Assembly: GCA_964639185.1 (NCBI GenBank)
Contig: CAZXCN010000002.1
Span: 30,409 to 94,408, forward strand
From: an uncultured Candidatus Saccharibacteria bacterium
GTDB taxonomy: Bacteria > Patescibacteriota > Minisyncoccia > Phycocordibacterales > UBA9973
Direction: 5' to 3'
DNA length: 64,000 bases
Part shown: positions 38,149-47,051 of the stretch, one piece after another
Position numbering within the stretch: the stretch's first letter is position 1
Layout of the letters: each line of letters begins with the position of its first letter
Made by a program: the position numbers and the translations under genes
Notes under the pieces: generated by a model
What the model saw: only the letters and a program-made list of their open reading frames with translations
What the model was told of the DNA's origin: nothing
The model's database searches: none

Positions 38149-38290
38149 GTAAAGAATAGAAATATAAAAACACAATTGTTTATTTTGTCAAAGAAAATTT
38201 GCTTGTTTGCTTTTTTGGATTTTCTGCTATTATAAGTATGTAATATTAATAGATTGAAGACGAAAGTCTCCGTAACAACAGAAACACTAT

Positions 38291-39499
38291 ATGGCCAAAA
38301 TAAACCCAGCAGTAGAGTCCTTTGCCCGAATTAAAGTAATCGGTGTCGGCGGTTCAGGTAAAAATGCTCTCAATCATATGATTAGTTCAAAAGTAAAGGG
38401 TGTTGAATTCATAGTTATGAATACTGACACTCAAGACTTACATAATTCTTTTGCTGAGAAGAAAATTCACATCGGTAAGAACTTAACCAAAGGCCTAGGT
38501 GCAGGTATGAACCCTGAAATAGGTCGCCGTGCAGCTGAAGAAACAAAAGCTGAAATCCAAGATGTTATCAAAGGTGCAGATATGGTATTCGTAGCATGTG
38601 GTATGGGTGGTGGAACTGGTACAGGTGCTGCCCCAATCATTGCCCAAGCAGCAAAGGAACAAGGTATTCTTACAGTAGCTGTTGTTACAAAACCATTCTC
38701 TTTTGAAGGTAATCAGCGTATGCGTCTGGCTGAATCTGGGCTTGCTGAGCTCGAGCGTGAAGTAGATGCAATTCTAGTAATCCAAAACGACCGCTTACTT
38801 GCAATATCAGGTCCTGATGTTGGATACCGTCAAGCATTTGCTATGTGTGACGAAATATTAAAACAAGCTGTTGAAGGTATTTCTGAATTAATAACAACTC
38901 CGGGTATGATCAATGTGGACTTTGCCGATATTAAAGCTGTTATGTCTGATGCAGGTAGCGCACTTATGGGTGTCGGAACAGCTGCTGGTGATGGACGTGC
39001 AGAACGTGCAGCATTAGATGCTATTAATTCCCCACTTCTTGACCTTTCTATATCTGGTGCAAAGGGTGTATTGTTTGCTATATCAGGTGGCGAAGATCTT
39101 ACTATTCATGAGATACAAGAGGCTGCTCGTATAATAACCGAGAGCGTTGATTCAGATGCAAAGATCATATTTGGTACTATTCATGATGAAAAATTGAAGA
39201 AGGGTGAAATGAAAGTAACAGTAATAGCTACAGGCTTCCCTACTGACATGCCAAAGAAATCATTATTTCAATCTTCTGCTAACAGAAAGCCAGAACCAAC
39301 AATTGTAAATTCCACAAAAGAAGAAGTAGTCGCTGCCGTAAAAAAGGAAATAGAAGTTGAACGTACCAATATAAATATAAATACTAACGAGTATATAAAA
39401 AAAGTAGAGAAACCAATTCCAAATGATGATGAATTGTTCAGTGATGACACTGATGACTGGAGCGCTGTTCCAGCATTCTTACGAAGAGGAAAGAAATAA
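38291..39499 (+). CDS. ftsZ: Cell division GTPase FtsZ
   Basis: GVGGSGKNA and GGGTGTGAAPIIAQ (tubulin signature). Confidence 0.95.
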   Translation: MAKINPAVESFARIKVIGVGGSGKNALNHMISSKVKGVEFIVMNTDTQDLHNSFAEKKIHIGKNLTKGLGAGMNPEIGRRAAEETKAEIQDVIKGADMVFVACGMGGGTGTGAAPIIAQAAKEQGILTVAVVTKPFSFEGNQRMRLAESGLAELEREVDAILVIQNDRLLAISGPDVGYRQAFAMCDEILKQAVEGISELITTPGMINVDFADIKAVMSDAGSALMGVGTAAGDGRAERAALDAINSPLLDLSISGAKGVLFAISGGEDLTIHEIQEAARIITESVDSDAKIIFGTIHDEKLKKGEMKVTVIATGFPTDMPKKSLFQSSANRKPEPTIVNSTKEEVVAAVKKEIEVERTNININTNEYIKKVEKPIPNDDELFSDDTDDWSAVPAFLRRGKK

Positions 39500-39516
39500 G
39501 TAGTAGGTAGTAAATA

Positions 39517-39561
39517 AAAATAGCATAATAGTTTTAGAGAAAAGCTATTATGCTATTTTTT
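39517..39561 (+). terminator. Terminator after ftsZ
   Basis: aaaatagcataatag ... ctattatgctatttttt, a 15-bp stem. Confidence 0.65.
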
Positions 39562-39594
39562 GTTGTAAATTTGTTTTATGATAGAATATAATTT

Positions 39595-40521
39595 ATGTAC
39601 GATTTAATTATTTTAGGGGGTGGACCTGCTGGCTGTGCTGCCGCTGTGTATTCTGCTCGCAAACAACTCAAAACAGCAATTATTACGGCAGAATTTGGTG
39701 GTCAATCCACAGTATCCGAGACAATATACAACTGGATAGGTACTCCAGAAATAAGTGGTGCGGATTTAGGTACAAGTCTTAAAAAACATGTTGAATATTA
39801 CAAAGGTGAATTCCTCGACATAATAGAGGGTGAAAAAATTGCAAAAATAACAAAATCTGACAATATTTTTACGGTAACAAGTGAAGGTGGTAAAGAATAT
39901 ACATCCAAATCAATACTTGTAGCTACAGGTAGTGGTCGTCGCAAACTCGAAGCTATAAATGCAGATAAATTTGAACACAAAGGTATCACTTACTGCGCAT
40001 CTTGTGATGGGCCACTATTTTCAGGTCAGGATGTTGTAGTTATAGGTGGTGGTAATGCTGGATTTGAATCTGCTGCACAATTGTTAGCATATTGTAAAAG
40101 TGTTACTTTGATACACAGAAATAAAGAATTTAAGGCTGATGAAATTACTGTAAAGAAAGTAATGGCCAATCCAAAATTCAAAGTCATCACAGACGCAGAA
40201 ACAATACGTATCGATGGTGAAATGTTTGTATCATCCTTAACATACAGAGACAGAATCACCGGTGATGAAAATGTATTACAAACAACAGGTGTCTTTGTAG
40301 AAATAGGTCAAATTCCAAATACAAGCTTTGTAAAAGGCCTAGTAGACATGAACCCTATAAATAACATCATTATCGATCCAACCACCCAAACATCCTCTAT
40401 AGAGGGCTTGTGGGCCGCTGGTGACTGTACAGATGTGAAGTACCACCAGAACAACATAGCTGCAGGCGATGCTGTCCGCGCTCTTGAAGATATATATATC
40501 TGGATACACAGAAATTCATAA
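39595..40521 (+). CDS. trxB: Thioredoxin reductase (low-molecular-weight TrxB-type FAD/NAD(P) oxidoreductase)
   Basis: IILGGGPAGCAAAVY (FAD binding), CASCDGPLF (redox CxxC) and GGGNAGFESA (NADPH binding). Confidence 0.8.
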   Translation: MYDLIILGGGPAGCAAAVYSARKQLKTAIITAEFGGQSTVSETIYNWIGTPEISGADLGTSLKKHVEYYKGEFLDIIEGEKIAKITKSDNIFTVTSEGGKEYTSKSILVATGSGRRKLEAINADKFEHKGITYCASCDGPLFSGQDVVVIGGGNAGFESAAQLLAYCKSVTLIHRNKEFKADEITVKKVMANPKFKVITDAETIRIDGEMFVSSLTYRDRITGDENVLQTTGVFVEIGQIPNTSFVKGLVDMNPINNIIIDPTTQTSSIEGLWAAGDCTDVKYHQNNIAAGDAVRALEDIYIWIHRNS

Positions 40522-40530
40522 TTTTAAAAT

Positions 40531-40563
40531 AAAAAAAATGGACATACATGTATGTCCATTTTT
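40531..40563 (+). terminator. Terminator after trxB
   Basis: aaaaaaaatggacatacatgtatgtccattttt, a perfect palindrome. Confidence 0.7.
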
Positions 40564-40583
40564 GCTTTAGATTTTCTAATTTT

Positions 40584-40739
40584 CTACTTTTTAATTTTTT
40601 TAATCTTTGGCAATTCAGCCTGGTTTTTTTGATCGTCCCAATCATGGAAACTTCTACCCCCAAAATCATTGCGGAAAACATTATTTCCACGGCCACTGGG
40701 TCGGCCACTTTTTTCGAAATCATTGTCTCTACGTGCCAT
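40584..40739 (-). CDS. Possible small ORF (51 aa, hydrophilic G/R/D/N/F-rich) in a 315-nt intergenic gap; not in the ORF track
   Basis: Hand translation gives MARRDNDFEKSGRPSGRGNNVFRNDFGGRSFHDWDDQKNQAELPKIKKIKK. There is no clear SD. Its frame differs from the overlapping track ORFs. Confidence 0.2.
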   Translation of the reverse strand: MARRDNDFEKSGRPSGRGNNVFRNDFGGRSFHDWDDQKNQAELPKIKKIKK

Positions 40740-40792
40740 TTTTATGGTTTTTATTTTTTATAAATAATACCATATATGAAAAACATGTAAAC

Positions 40793-40820
40793 CCCCTACA
40801 CTCATGCATGAGTATAGGGG
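40793..40820 (-). terminator. Palindromic hairpin after the glmU-like gene
   Basis: cccctacactcatg / catgagtatagggg, a 14-bp stem with one mismatch. Confidence 0.5.
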
Positions 40821-40836
40821 TAAGCCTCCACAAATT

Positions 40837-41589
40837 CTACCTCTTTACTATCTGCTCTAGCTTTTCAAGCTCTTCTATAGAATTTACCCCCAAAGCCTCC
40901 TCAGGGCTGATAGACACGCTAGCTATACTACCTTCATTTGCCGCTATTTGGACCAAATCAGTGAGATAATACTCACCTTGGGCATTTGTATTACCTATCT
41001 TATCCAAGCTCTCAAAAAGCCATTTTTTATCAAAGCAAAAATAGCATGGGTTTATCTCTGTTATTGTTTTTTGCTCATCTGTTGTGTCTTTGAATTCCAC
41101 GCTCTTTTCGATTTCCCCATCAGGGCCACGAACAATACGACTGAAAGGTTTATAGAATACTTGATACCAATCATCAAAATTCGGTACTGTTACAGTAGCC
41201 ATTGTTAATAGGCAGGCCTTTGCGTTATGTACATTATTCAAATTTGCAATCATAGCACCAGTTACTGCTGGAGCATCTCCGTACAAAACTATTATATTAT
41301 CTATTTCTTCATCTATGCTATCTTTAGTTATTTTTACAGCATGGCCAGTACCCAACTGCTCATCTTGATATACATATTTTGCACGAACCCCTACATGATT
41401 CATTATTTCTTCCTTTTTGTAACCCACCACTACGATAGGCTTGGTTTGTATGCCACTATTTTGTACAGCATCTAATAAACAATCAATCATCGGTTTACCG
41501 TGGAAATGCACAAGTGCTTTTGGATGCTCTACATTCATTCTTTTACCTTTGCCTCCAGCAAGGATTATTATTTGAGTCTTTGAGTTCAT
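40837..41589 (-). CDS. Sugar-1-phosphate nucleotidyltransferase, GlmU N-terminal-domain-like (no left-handed beta-helix acetyltransferase domain)
   Basis: ILAGGKGKRM and YQDEQLGTGHAV match GlmU uridyltransferase signature regions. 250 aa. Confidence 0.6.
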   Translation of the reverse strand: MNSKTQIIILAGGKGKRMNVEHPKALVHFHGKPMIDCLLDAVQNSGIQTKPIVVVGYKKEEIMNHVGVRAKYVYQDEQLGTGHAVKITKDSIDEEIDNIIVLYGDAPAVTGAMIANLNNVHNAKACLLTMATVTVPNFDDWYQVFYKPFSRIVRGPDGEIEKSVEFKDTTDEQKTITEINPCYFCFDKKWLFESLDKIGNTNAQGEYYLTDLVQIAANEGSIASVSISPEEALGVNSIEELEKLEQIVKR

Positions 41590-41609
41590 AAAGATATGTT
41601 TGTTTTAAA

Positions 41610-41987
41610 TTACCTACTTAGGCCGTATAATCTAACATTATAAACATTGTATGGTGATTCATAAGGTGGTTCACCGATAGTACATGTTGGAGTCGTCATA
41701 GGCATATTAAGGCCTAATATCCATTTACCTGAAGATGCTTGACCGTATGTGCGAGTACCTGATGGTATAACAAGCAATGATGACTGCCCAAATGTACCTG
41801 AAGTAGTAATATCACCCTGAGCTCCGAAACAATTGATAGTAGGAGTTGTAGGAGTAGATAATATTCGTCCACCAAATGGCCTATACACACTAAAATAAGC
41901 AAAACTAGTACTTGATATCAAGCTTGCACCCAGCAAAACAAGGGTAAAAACACCTGCTTCTAATATACTTTTTAGTTTATTTTTCAT
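41610..41987 (-). CDS. Hypothetical small secreted Thr/Gly/Ser-rich protein
   Basis: The start is taken at the internal MKNKLKSILEAGVFTLVLLGASLI, a signal or weakly pilin-like N-terminus. The track ORF extends to 42134, but that extension is hydrophobic junk overlapping the next gene. Confidence 0.35.
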   Translation of the reverse strand: MKNKLKSILEAGVFTLVLLGASLISSTSFAYFSVYRPFGGRILSTPTTPTINCFGAQGDITTSGTFGQSSLLVIPSGTRTYGQASSGKWILGLNMPMTTPTCTIGEPPYESPYNVYNVRLYGLSR

Positions 41988-42106
41988 CCCTGTATTATAC
42001 CAGAAATAGCGAATTAATAAAGGGGGGTAAACTTTCGTAAAGCAAGGTGGAGTATTTTTTAAATTGACTTTTATTGTTTTCAATGTTATGATTTTTAAAA
42101 AATAAT

Positions 42107-42475
42107 ATGGAAAAAATATCAAGAACCAGAGCATTTTTATTGCTCATTCCAGCTATCGCAGTAGCGATAATAGCATTTTTCTGCTTTTCAAAAGTAGGAA
42201 TCTTACTACTCTTTTGCGCCACCGCGTATTCTGCAGTTATGTGGACAGTTGTGGGCTGGCCAAAAGGAATTCCTCGCAAAGCTCCATTAATAATGATTGT
42301 AGTTCATTTTATTGTTACTGTTATTTTATTTAGTGACAAACTACACAATTACCCAGTAGCAATTGATATTTCATCAATTATGACATTTTTGGTAATAATT
42401 GGAGTTTGGTTAAACCTTAGTCAAAAAAATACTTTAAATGAAATCCAAACACCAGTAGATATAATAGATATCTAA
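42107..42475 (+). CDS. Hypothetical membrane protein (about 4 TM helices)
   Basis: Hydrophobic helices. No motif. Confidence 0.35.
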   Translation: MEKISRTRAFLLLIPAIAVAIIAFFCFSKVGILLLFCATAYSAVMWTVVGWPKGIPRKAPLIMIVVHFIVTVILFSDKLHNYPVAIDISSIMTFLVIIGVWLNLSQKNTLNEIQTPVDIIDI

Positions 42476-42492
42476 ATCAATTTATTTAAATA

Positions 42493-42538
42493 AAATAGCA
42501 GTTTTCGATCGTATGATCAGAAGCTGCTATTTTTTTTG
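42493..42538 (+). terminator. Terminator after the 42107-42475 gene
   Basis: aaaatagcag ... ctgctatttttttt. Confidence 0.55.
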
Positions 42539-42734
42539 CGTGATATAGAGTTAAATAAATAACTCGTTGCAACTCACAAATTTTCCAGAGAACCGCGAGT
42601 ACGCTTTCGGTCAGGGATATTTTACATGTCGTCACATGTAAAATTCCACGACCCTGACTCGTCTATTTTTTCTACTGAAAAAACATGACTCCGTCTTTCG
42701 ATTCTCTGACGCACGTGACGCAGGTCACGTGCTT

Positions 42735-42788
42735 GGGGTCACAAATTAAAAAACCCTCTTTCGAGAGTTTTTTTTAATTTGTGACCCC
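42735..42788 (-). terminator. Long palindrome / intrinsic terminator overlapping the 3' acceptor strand of tRNA-Glu
   Basis: ggggtcacaaattaaaaaaccctc tttc gagagttttttttaatttgtgacccc. The inner CTCTC-GAAA-GAGGG hairpin has A- and T-tracts. The outer arms extend the palindrome to about 24 bp. Confidence 0.55.
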
Positions 42789-42853
42789 ACAGAGAATCGA
42801 ACTCTGATTGACGGATTGAAAACCCGGTGTCCTAACCGTTAGACGATGGGGCC
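42782..42853 (-). tRNA. tRNA-Glu (anticodon UUC)
   Basis: Cloverleaf folded by hand. Acceptor GGCCCCA/TGGGGTC (one G-U pair). D-arm GTCT/GGAC, as in E. coli tRNA-Glu. Anticodon loop TTTTCAA with U33 and A37. T-arm CAGAG-TTCGATT-CTCTG. There is one C-U mismatch in the anticodon stem. CCA is not encoded. Confidence 0.7.
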
Positions 42854-42903
42854 AATTAGGATTTTTGTAGTATAACATCTTTTAAAAAAAATGCAAAAAA
42901 TTA

Positions 42904-42931
42904 CAAGGTGCGCGATAGTGGATTCAAGACC
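42904..42931 (-). repeat. Degenerate direct copy of the 3' 28 nt of tRNA-Val (T-arm 3' half plus acceptor plus 5 trailing nt)
   Basis: Forward caaggtgcgcgatagtggattcaagacc against the tRNA's caaggtgcgcgataagggattcgaacccc, located 32 nt away. About 24 of 28 positions are identical. Confidence 0.6.
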
Positions 42932-42940
42932 AACACAAGG

Positions 42941-43013
42941 TGCGCGATAAGGGATTCGAACCCCTGGCCTTCCCCACGTCAAGGGGACGCTCTACCAACT
43001 GAGCTAACCGCGC
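42941..43013 (-). tRNA. tRNA-Val (anticodon GAC)
   Basis: Acceptor GCGCGGT/ATCGCGC. TAGCTCAGTTGGTAGAGC D-arm. Anticodon stem TCCCC/GGGGA with loop TTGACGT. T-arm AGGGG-TTCGAAT-CCCTT. Followed by CC (no full CCA). Confidence 0.8.
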
Positions 43014-43060
43014 ATATTTAAATTTACTTTTCCCACCAAAACAGCATAACCGCGCATATT

Positions 43061-43636
43061 TTATTTCTCTAAAAAGCTTTTTACTATTTCTGTGGCATCG
43101 AGGACAGCTTTATTCAAATCGATATTTTCTACTACAGCATCACATTTATGTTCGTAAGTAAATTCCTCTTCGGCACGAGCTATACGCATATTGATCTTGT
43201 CTTCAGTTTCAGTACCTCGTGATACCAAACGCTCACGAATTAATTCCAATGGAGTTTTAATAAAAACAACCAATGCATCGTCGCCAAATATTTCCTTGAT
43301 CCTCATTGCACCTTTTACATCTACATCGGACACAGGTATTTTACCTTCATTGTGAATACGTTCAAGCTCGCTCTTTAATGTGCCGTAATATGTATCAGTG
43401 TAAACCTCTTCCCATTCAACAAAGTCGCCTTTTGCAACACGTTCTTGGAAAACTTGGGGTGTTAGGAAATAATAATCCACTCCATCCTTCTCACCCCCAC
43501 GTATTGAACGTGAAGTAGCGCTAGAATAAAATGACAAGTCATGTATCCAACCCATCACGCTACGAAGTACTGTAGTTTTACCACTACCTGATGGCCCACA
43601 AAAAACTATTATTTTATTTTTCCAATTATTATTCAT
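43061..43636 (-). CDS. gmk: Guanylate kinase
   Basis: IIVFCGPSGSGKTT (P-loop) and GMP-kinase-like length and arrangement. Confidence 0.75.
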   Translation of the reverse strand: MNNNWKNKIIVFCGPSGSGKTTVLRSVMGWIHDLSFYSSATSRSIRGGEKDGVDYYFLTPQVFQERVAKGDFVEWEEVYTDTYYGTLKSELERIHNEGKIPVSDVDVKGAMRIKEIFGDDALVVFIKTPLELIRERLVSRGTETEDKINMRIARAEEEFTYEHKCDAVVENIDLNKAVLDATEIVKSFLEK

Positions 43637-43688
43637 TTATACAATACATACTACTAAAATATTGTATTTTTTGCTATAGTCATAAAAT

Positions 43689-44735
43689 ATGAAAATACTT
43701 GCAATAGAAACAAGTTGCGACGACACTGGCATAGCCATTGTAGACATAAATGATACATCTATTACAATACTCGCCAATATTGTAAACACGCAAACCATTC
43801 ATGCAGGATACGGTGGTGTATTCCCTGCTATGGCGAAACGCGAACATATAGCCAATATACAAGGCGTGTACGAAGAAGCTTGTAATGTGGCCAATATCGA
43901 CCCAGACAAACTAAATATAGATGCCATAGCTGTTACTGTTGGTCCTGGCCTCGAGCCTTCTTTATGGGTGGGTATTACATTTGCAAAAGAATTGAGTGAA
44001 CGATTCAATACTCCCATTATTCCAGTAAATCATATGGAGGGGCATTTACTTTCAAGCTTACTTCCAGAATACAAAATTGGTAAAGAAGTTATTTTTAGGC
44101 AAATGCCTAAAAATGCTATTTCATTATTGGTATCTGGCGGTCACACACAGCTGGTGAACATAGGTGGTGTAGGTAATTATAAAATTATTGGCACTACCCT
44201 CGACGATGCTGTGGGTGAAGCATTCGATAAAGTTGCTCGTATGCTCGACTTGCCATACCCAGGTGGGCCAGCTATTTCAAAATTAGCAGAAGCATACAGA
44301 AGTAAAAATATTGAAACAGATTTAAATTTTCCCCGCCCAATGTTGCACTCCAAAGATTATAATTTCTCTTTTTCTGGATTGAAAACTTCTATCCTTTACC
44401 ATATCCGCGACAACCCAATACAAAATGAAGATAATAAGATGGCTATAGCATGCGAGTTTGAAAATGCTGCAACAGAAGTAATACTAAAAAAGACAATCAA
44501 AGCTATCGAAGAATATGGCGCTACTCATTTACTACTTGGTGGTGGTGTTGCAGCTAATAAATATCTACAAGCTGAACTTGATCATGCCGGTAATAATAAT
44601 GGATTTATTGTTTACCACCCTGTTCGCCAAATCACTGGCGACAATGCGCTCATGATAGCTATTGCTGGTTATTTCAACCCAAAAAATTCAAAAATTCCCA
44701 AAGGCTTAACAGCCGACGGAAATCTAAAGGTTTAA
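43689..44735 (+). CDS. tsaD: tRNA N6-adenosine threonylcarbamoyltransferase TsaD (Kae1/Gcp)
   Basis: ILAIETSCDDTGIAIV, HMEGHLL (metal-binding HxxH) and GGGVAANKYL. Confidence 0.9.
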   Translation: MKILAIETSCDDTGIAIVDINDTSITILANIVNTQTIHAGYGGVFPAMAKREHIANIQGVYEEACNVANIDPDKLNIDAIAVTVGPGLEPSLWVGITFAKELSERFNTPIIPVNHMEGHLLSSLLPEYKIGKEVIFRQMPKNAISLLVSGGHTQLVNIGGVGNYKIIGTTLDDAVGEAFDKVARMLDLPYPGGPAISKLAEAYRSKNIETDLNFPRPMLHSKDYNFSFSGLKTSILYHIRDNPIQNEDNKMAIACEFENAATEVILKKTIKAIEEYGATHLLLGGGVAANKYLQAELDHAGNNNGFIVYHPVRQITGDNALMIAIAGYFNPKNSKIPKGLTADGNLKV

Positions 44736-44765
44736 TTTTGGAAATATACACAAAAATGCTATATT

Positions 44766-47051
44766 TTGTGTATGAATAATGACGATTTAAATATTGATCC
44801 AAGGCTTTTGAAGCCATACAACCCTATTGATACTGAGGATCGTATTTACAAACTGTGGGAGGATAGTGGGTTTTTTAATCCAGACAAATGCATAGATGCA
44901 GGCTTAGTTGATGATCAAGCAAAACCATTCTCTATAGTGCTACCCCCTCCAAATGTTACAGGTACACTTCACATAGGTCATGCATCTATGCTCGTAATCG
45001 AAGACATCATGGTTCGCTTTGCACGTATGCAAGGCCGGCCAACACTGTGGCTACCTGGTACTGATCATGCAGCTATCGCTACTCAAAGTAAAGTTGAAAA
45101 GATATTGGAAAAAGAAGAAGGCAAAAGAAAGTCCGACCTTGGCCGTGAAGAATTCCTCTCTCGTGTAAATAAATTTGCCCAAGAATCACACGATACTATC
45201 GTGAATCAGATGAAGAAGATGGGTGCAAGTGTAGACTGGTCACGTGAAGCATTTACACTTGATGATAAACGAAATATAGCTGTTCGTACTGCATTCAAAC
45301 AAATGTATGATGATGGTCTGATATATCGTGGGCATCGCATTGTAAACTGGGATCCAAAAGGTCAGACTGTAATATCCGATGATGAAGTAGTGAGTGAAGA
45401 ACGTAAAGCAAAATTATATACATTTAAATATTCAGCCGACTTCCCTATTTCTATCTCTACCACTCGCCCAGAGACAAAATTGGGTGATACAGCAGTAGCA
45501 GTTAATCCAACAGATGAAAGATACACTCAATATATTGGCCAAACATTTATAGTAGATGATTTCTGCGGAGAAAGATTGGAAATAAAAATCATTGCCGACG
45601 AACATGTAGAAAAAGAGTTTGGCACCGGAGCTCTAGGAGTGACCCCAGCTCACAGCCAGATCGATGCCGAGATGGCAACGCGTCATGGCTTGCCGACCAA
45701 GCAAGTTATCAATGAATTTGCCAAGATGATGGTAGGTAATGAATCTATTTTAGGTAAAAAAACAACAGAAGCCCGAACACAAGTTGTAGAATGGCTGAAA
45801 GAAAATAATTTATTAGAGGGCGAGGAGGAAATAAATCAAAATATCCCAACTGCTGAAAGAACAGGCGGTATCATAGAACCATTACCAAAATTACAATGGT
45901 TCATCAATGTAAATAAACCAATAGAATCTCGTGGTAAAAAAACATTAAAAGAACTCATGCTTGAACCAGTAAAAGCAGGCTCAATTGGCATTCTCCCCGA
46001 CCGTTTTGAAAAAGTTTACTATAACTGGGTAGAAAATTTACGTGACTGGTGTATAAGTCGCCAGATATGGTACGGGCACAGGATTCCAGTTTGGTACCGT
46101 CTAACAAGCGGCACCTTAGATAAGGGTGGACTTGGAATGAAAGCTTTTGAAAATGGTTTGGCTGAAATGTACTGTGGTGTAAATCCACCAGAAGGAAAAA
46201 TTAATGATCGTACTGATTATTTTGATGCAAATAGCTGGACTCAAGACGAAGACACTCTAGACACTTGGTTCTCTTCGGGTCTTTGGACTTTCTCAACTTT
46301 AGGGTGGCCTAATCTTGATTCATCTGATCTAAAGAAATATCACCCAACAACAGTTCTTGAAACTGGATACGATATTATATTCTTCTGGGTTGCACGCATG
46401 ATCCTTATGTCACAATATTTAATAGGTGAAATACCTTTCGAAACAGTCTACTTGCATGGCCTTGTACGCGATGCTAAAGGTCGCAAGATGAGTAAATCCC
46501 TAGGTAATATTATTGACCCTATTGATATGATAAATAAGTATGGTGCAGATGCAGTTCGCATGTCATTGATCATCGGCACAGGACCAGGTAATGACAGTAA
46601 AATGTCCGAAGATAAAATTAAAGCTTACAAACATTTCGCAAATAAATTGTGGAATATTACACGATTCATAATGACCTATACCGAAGGTACACAATACGAT
46701 GCAACATTTACAAACTTTACAGATGCAGATTTGGAATTAATAAAAGAACGTGATGAATTGATCAGTACAATCACAAAAGAAATATCTGAATACAAATTCT
46801 ATTTGGCAGGTGACAAGATATATCAATACACATGGGCGCGACTTGCCGATGTAATACTCGAGGAAAGTCGCCCAATATTTACAAATGGTACAGATGAAGA
46901 AAAGGCTTCTCGAGCACAGTTCTTACTTTATACATTACAAAACATCATAAAAACATTGCATCCATTCATGCCATATGTTACCGAAGAATTATGGTCAATA
47001 TTACCAGTTAAAAAATCAAACCTTTTAATGGTTGAGAGATGGCCGAGATAA
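44766..47051 (+). CDS. valS: Valyl-tRNA synthetase (short form without the C-terminal coiled-coil)
   Basis: PPPNVTGTLHIGHA (HIGH) and KMSKSLGN (KMSKS). Editing-domain region present. Start probably at the internal MNNDDL. Confidence 0.9.
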   Translation: MCMNNDDLNIDPRLLKPYNPIDTEDRIYKLWEDSGFFNPDKCIDAGLVDDQAKPFSIVLPPPNVTGTLHIGHASMLVIEDIMVRFARMQGRPTLWLPGTDHAAIATQSKVEKILEKEEGKRKSDLGREEFLSRVNKFAQESHDTIVNQMKKMGASVDWSREAFTLDDKRNIAVRTAFKQMYDDGLIYRGHRIVNWDPKGQTVISDDEVVSEERKAKLYTFKYSADFPISISTTRPETKLGDTAVAVNPTDERYTQYIGQTFIVDDFCGERLEIKIIADEHVEKEFGTGALGVTPAHSQIDAEMATRHGLPTKQVINEFAKMMVGNESILGKKTTEARTQVVEWLKENNLLEGEEEINQNIPTAERTGGIIEPLPKLQWFINVNKPIESRGKKTLKELMLEPVKAGSIGILPDRFEKVYYNWVENLRDWCISRQIWYGHRIPVWYRLTSGTLDKGGLGMKAFENGLAEMYCGVNPPEGKINDRTDYFDANSWTQDEDTLDTWFSSGLWTFSTLGWPNLDSSDLKKYHPTTVLETGYDIIFFWVARMILMSQYLIGEIPFETVYLHGLVRDAKGRKMSKSLGNIIDPIDMINKYGADAVRMSLIIGTGPGNDSKMSEDKIKAYKHFANKLWNITRFIMTYTEGTQYDATFTNFTDADLELIKERDELISTITKEISEYKFYLAGDKIYQYTWARLADVILEESRPIFTNGTDEEKASRAQFLLYTLQNIIKTLHPFMPYVTEELWSILPVKKSNLLMVERWPR

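Noticed and set aside
40397-40969. Track ORFs 40397-40723 (minus), 40548-40763 (plus), 40607-40969 (plus) and 40948-41208 (plus)
   Set aside because: They overlap trxB or the glmU-like gene on the opposite strand, or span terminator palindromes. Their translations are low-complexity with no motifs. Only a different-frame 51-aa ORF was retained, with low confidence.
41988-42134. N-terminal extension of track ORF 41610-42134 (MLWFLIFFPYYFLK...)
   Set aside because: The extension overlaps the start of the divergent membrane protein gene and looks like hydrophobic junk. An internal Met gives a clean signal-peptide-like start, so the gene was trimmed to 41610-41987.
42782-42853. tRNA-Glu considered a possible pseudogene because of a C-U mismatch in the anticodon stem and no encoded CCA
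   Set aside because: All four arms and the conserved U33/A37 positions fold correctly. Single mismatches and CCA-less tRNA genes are common. Kept as a functional tRNA at confidence 0.7.
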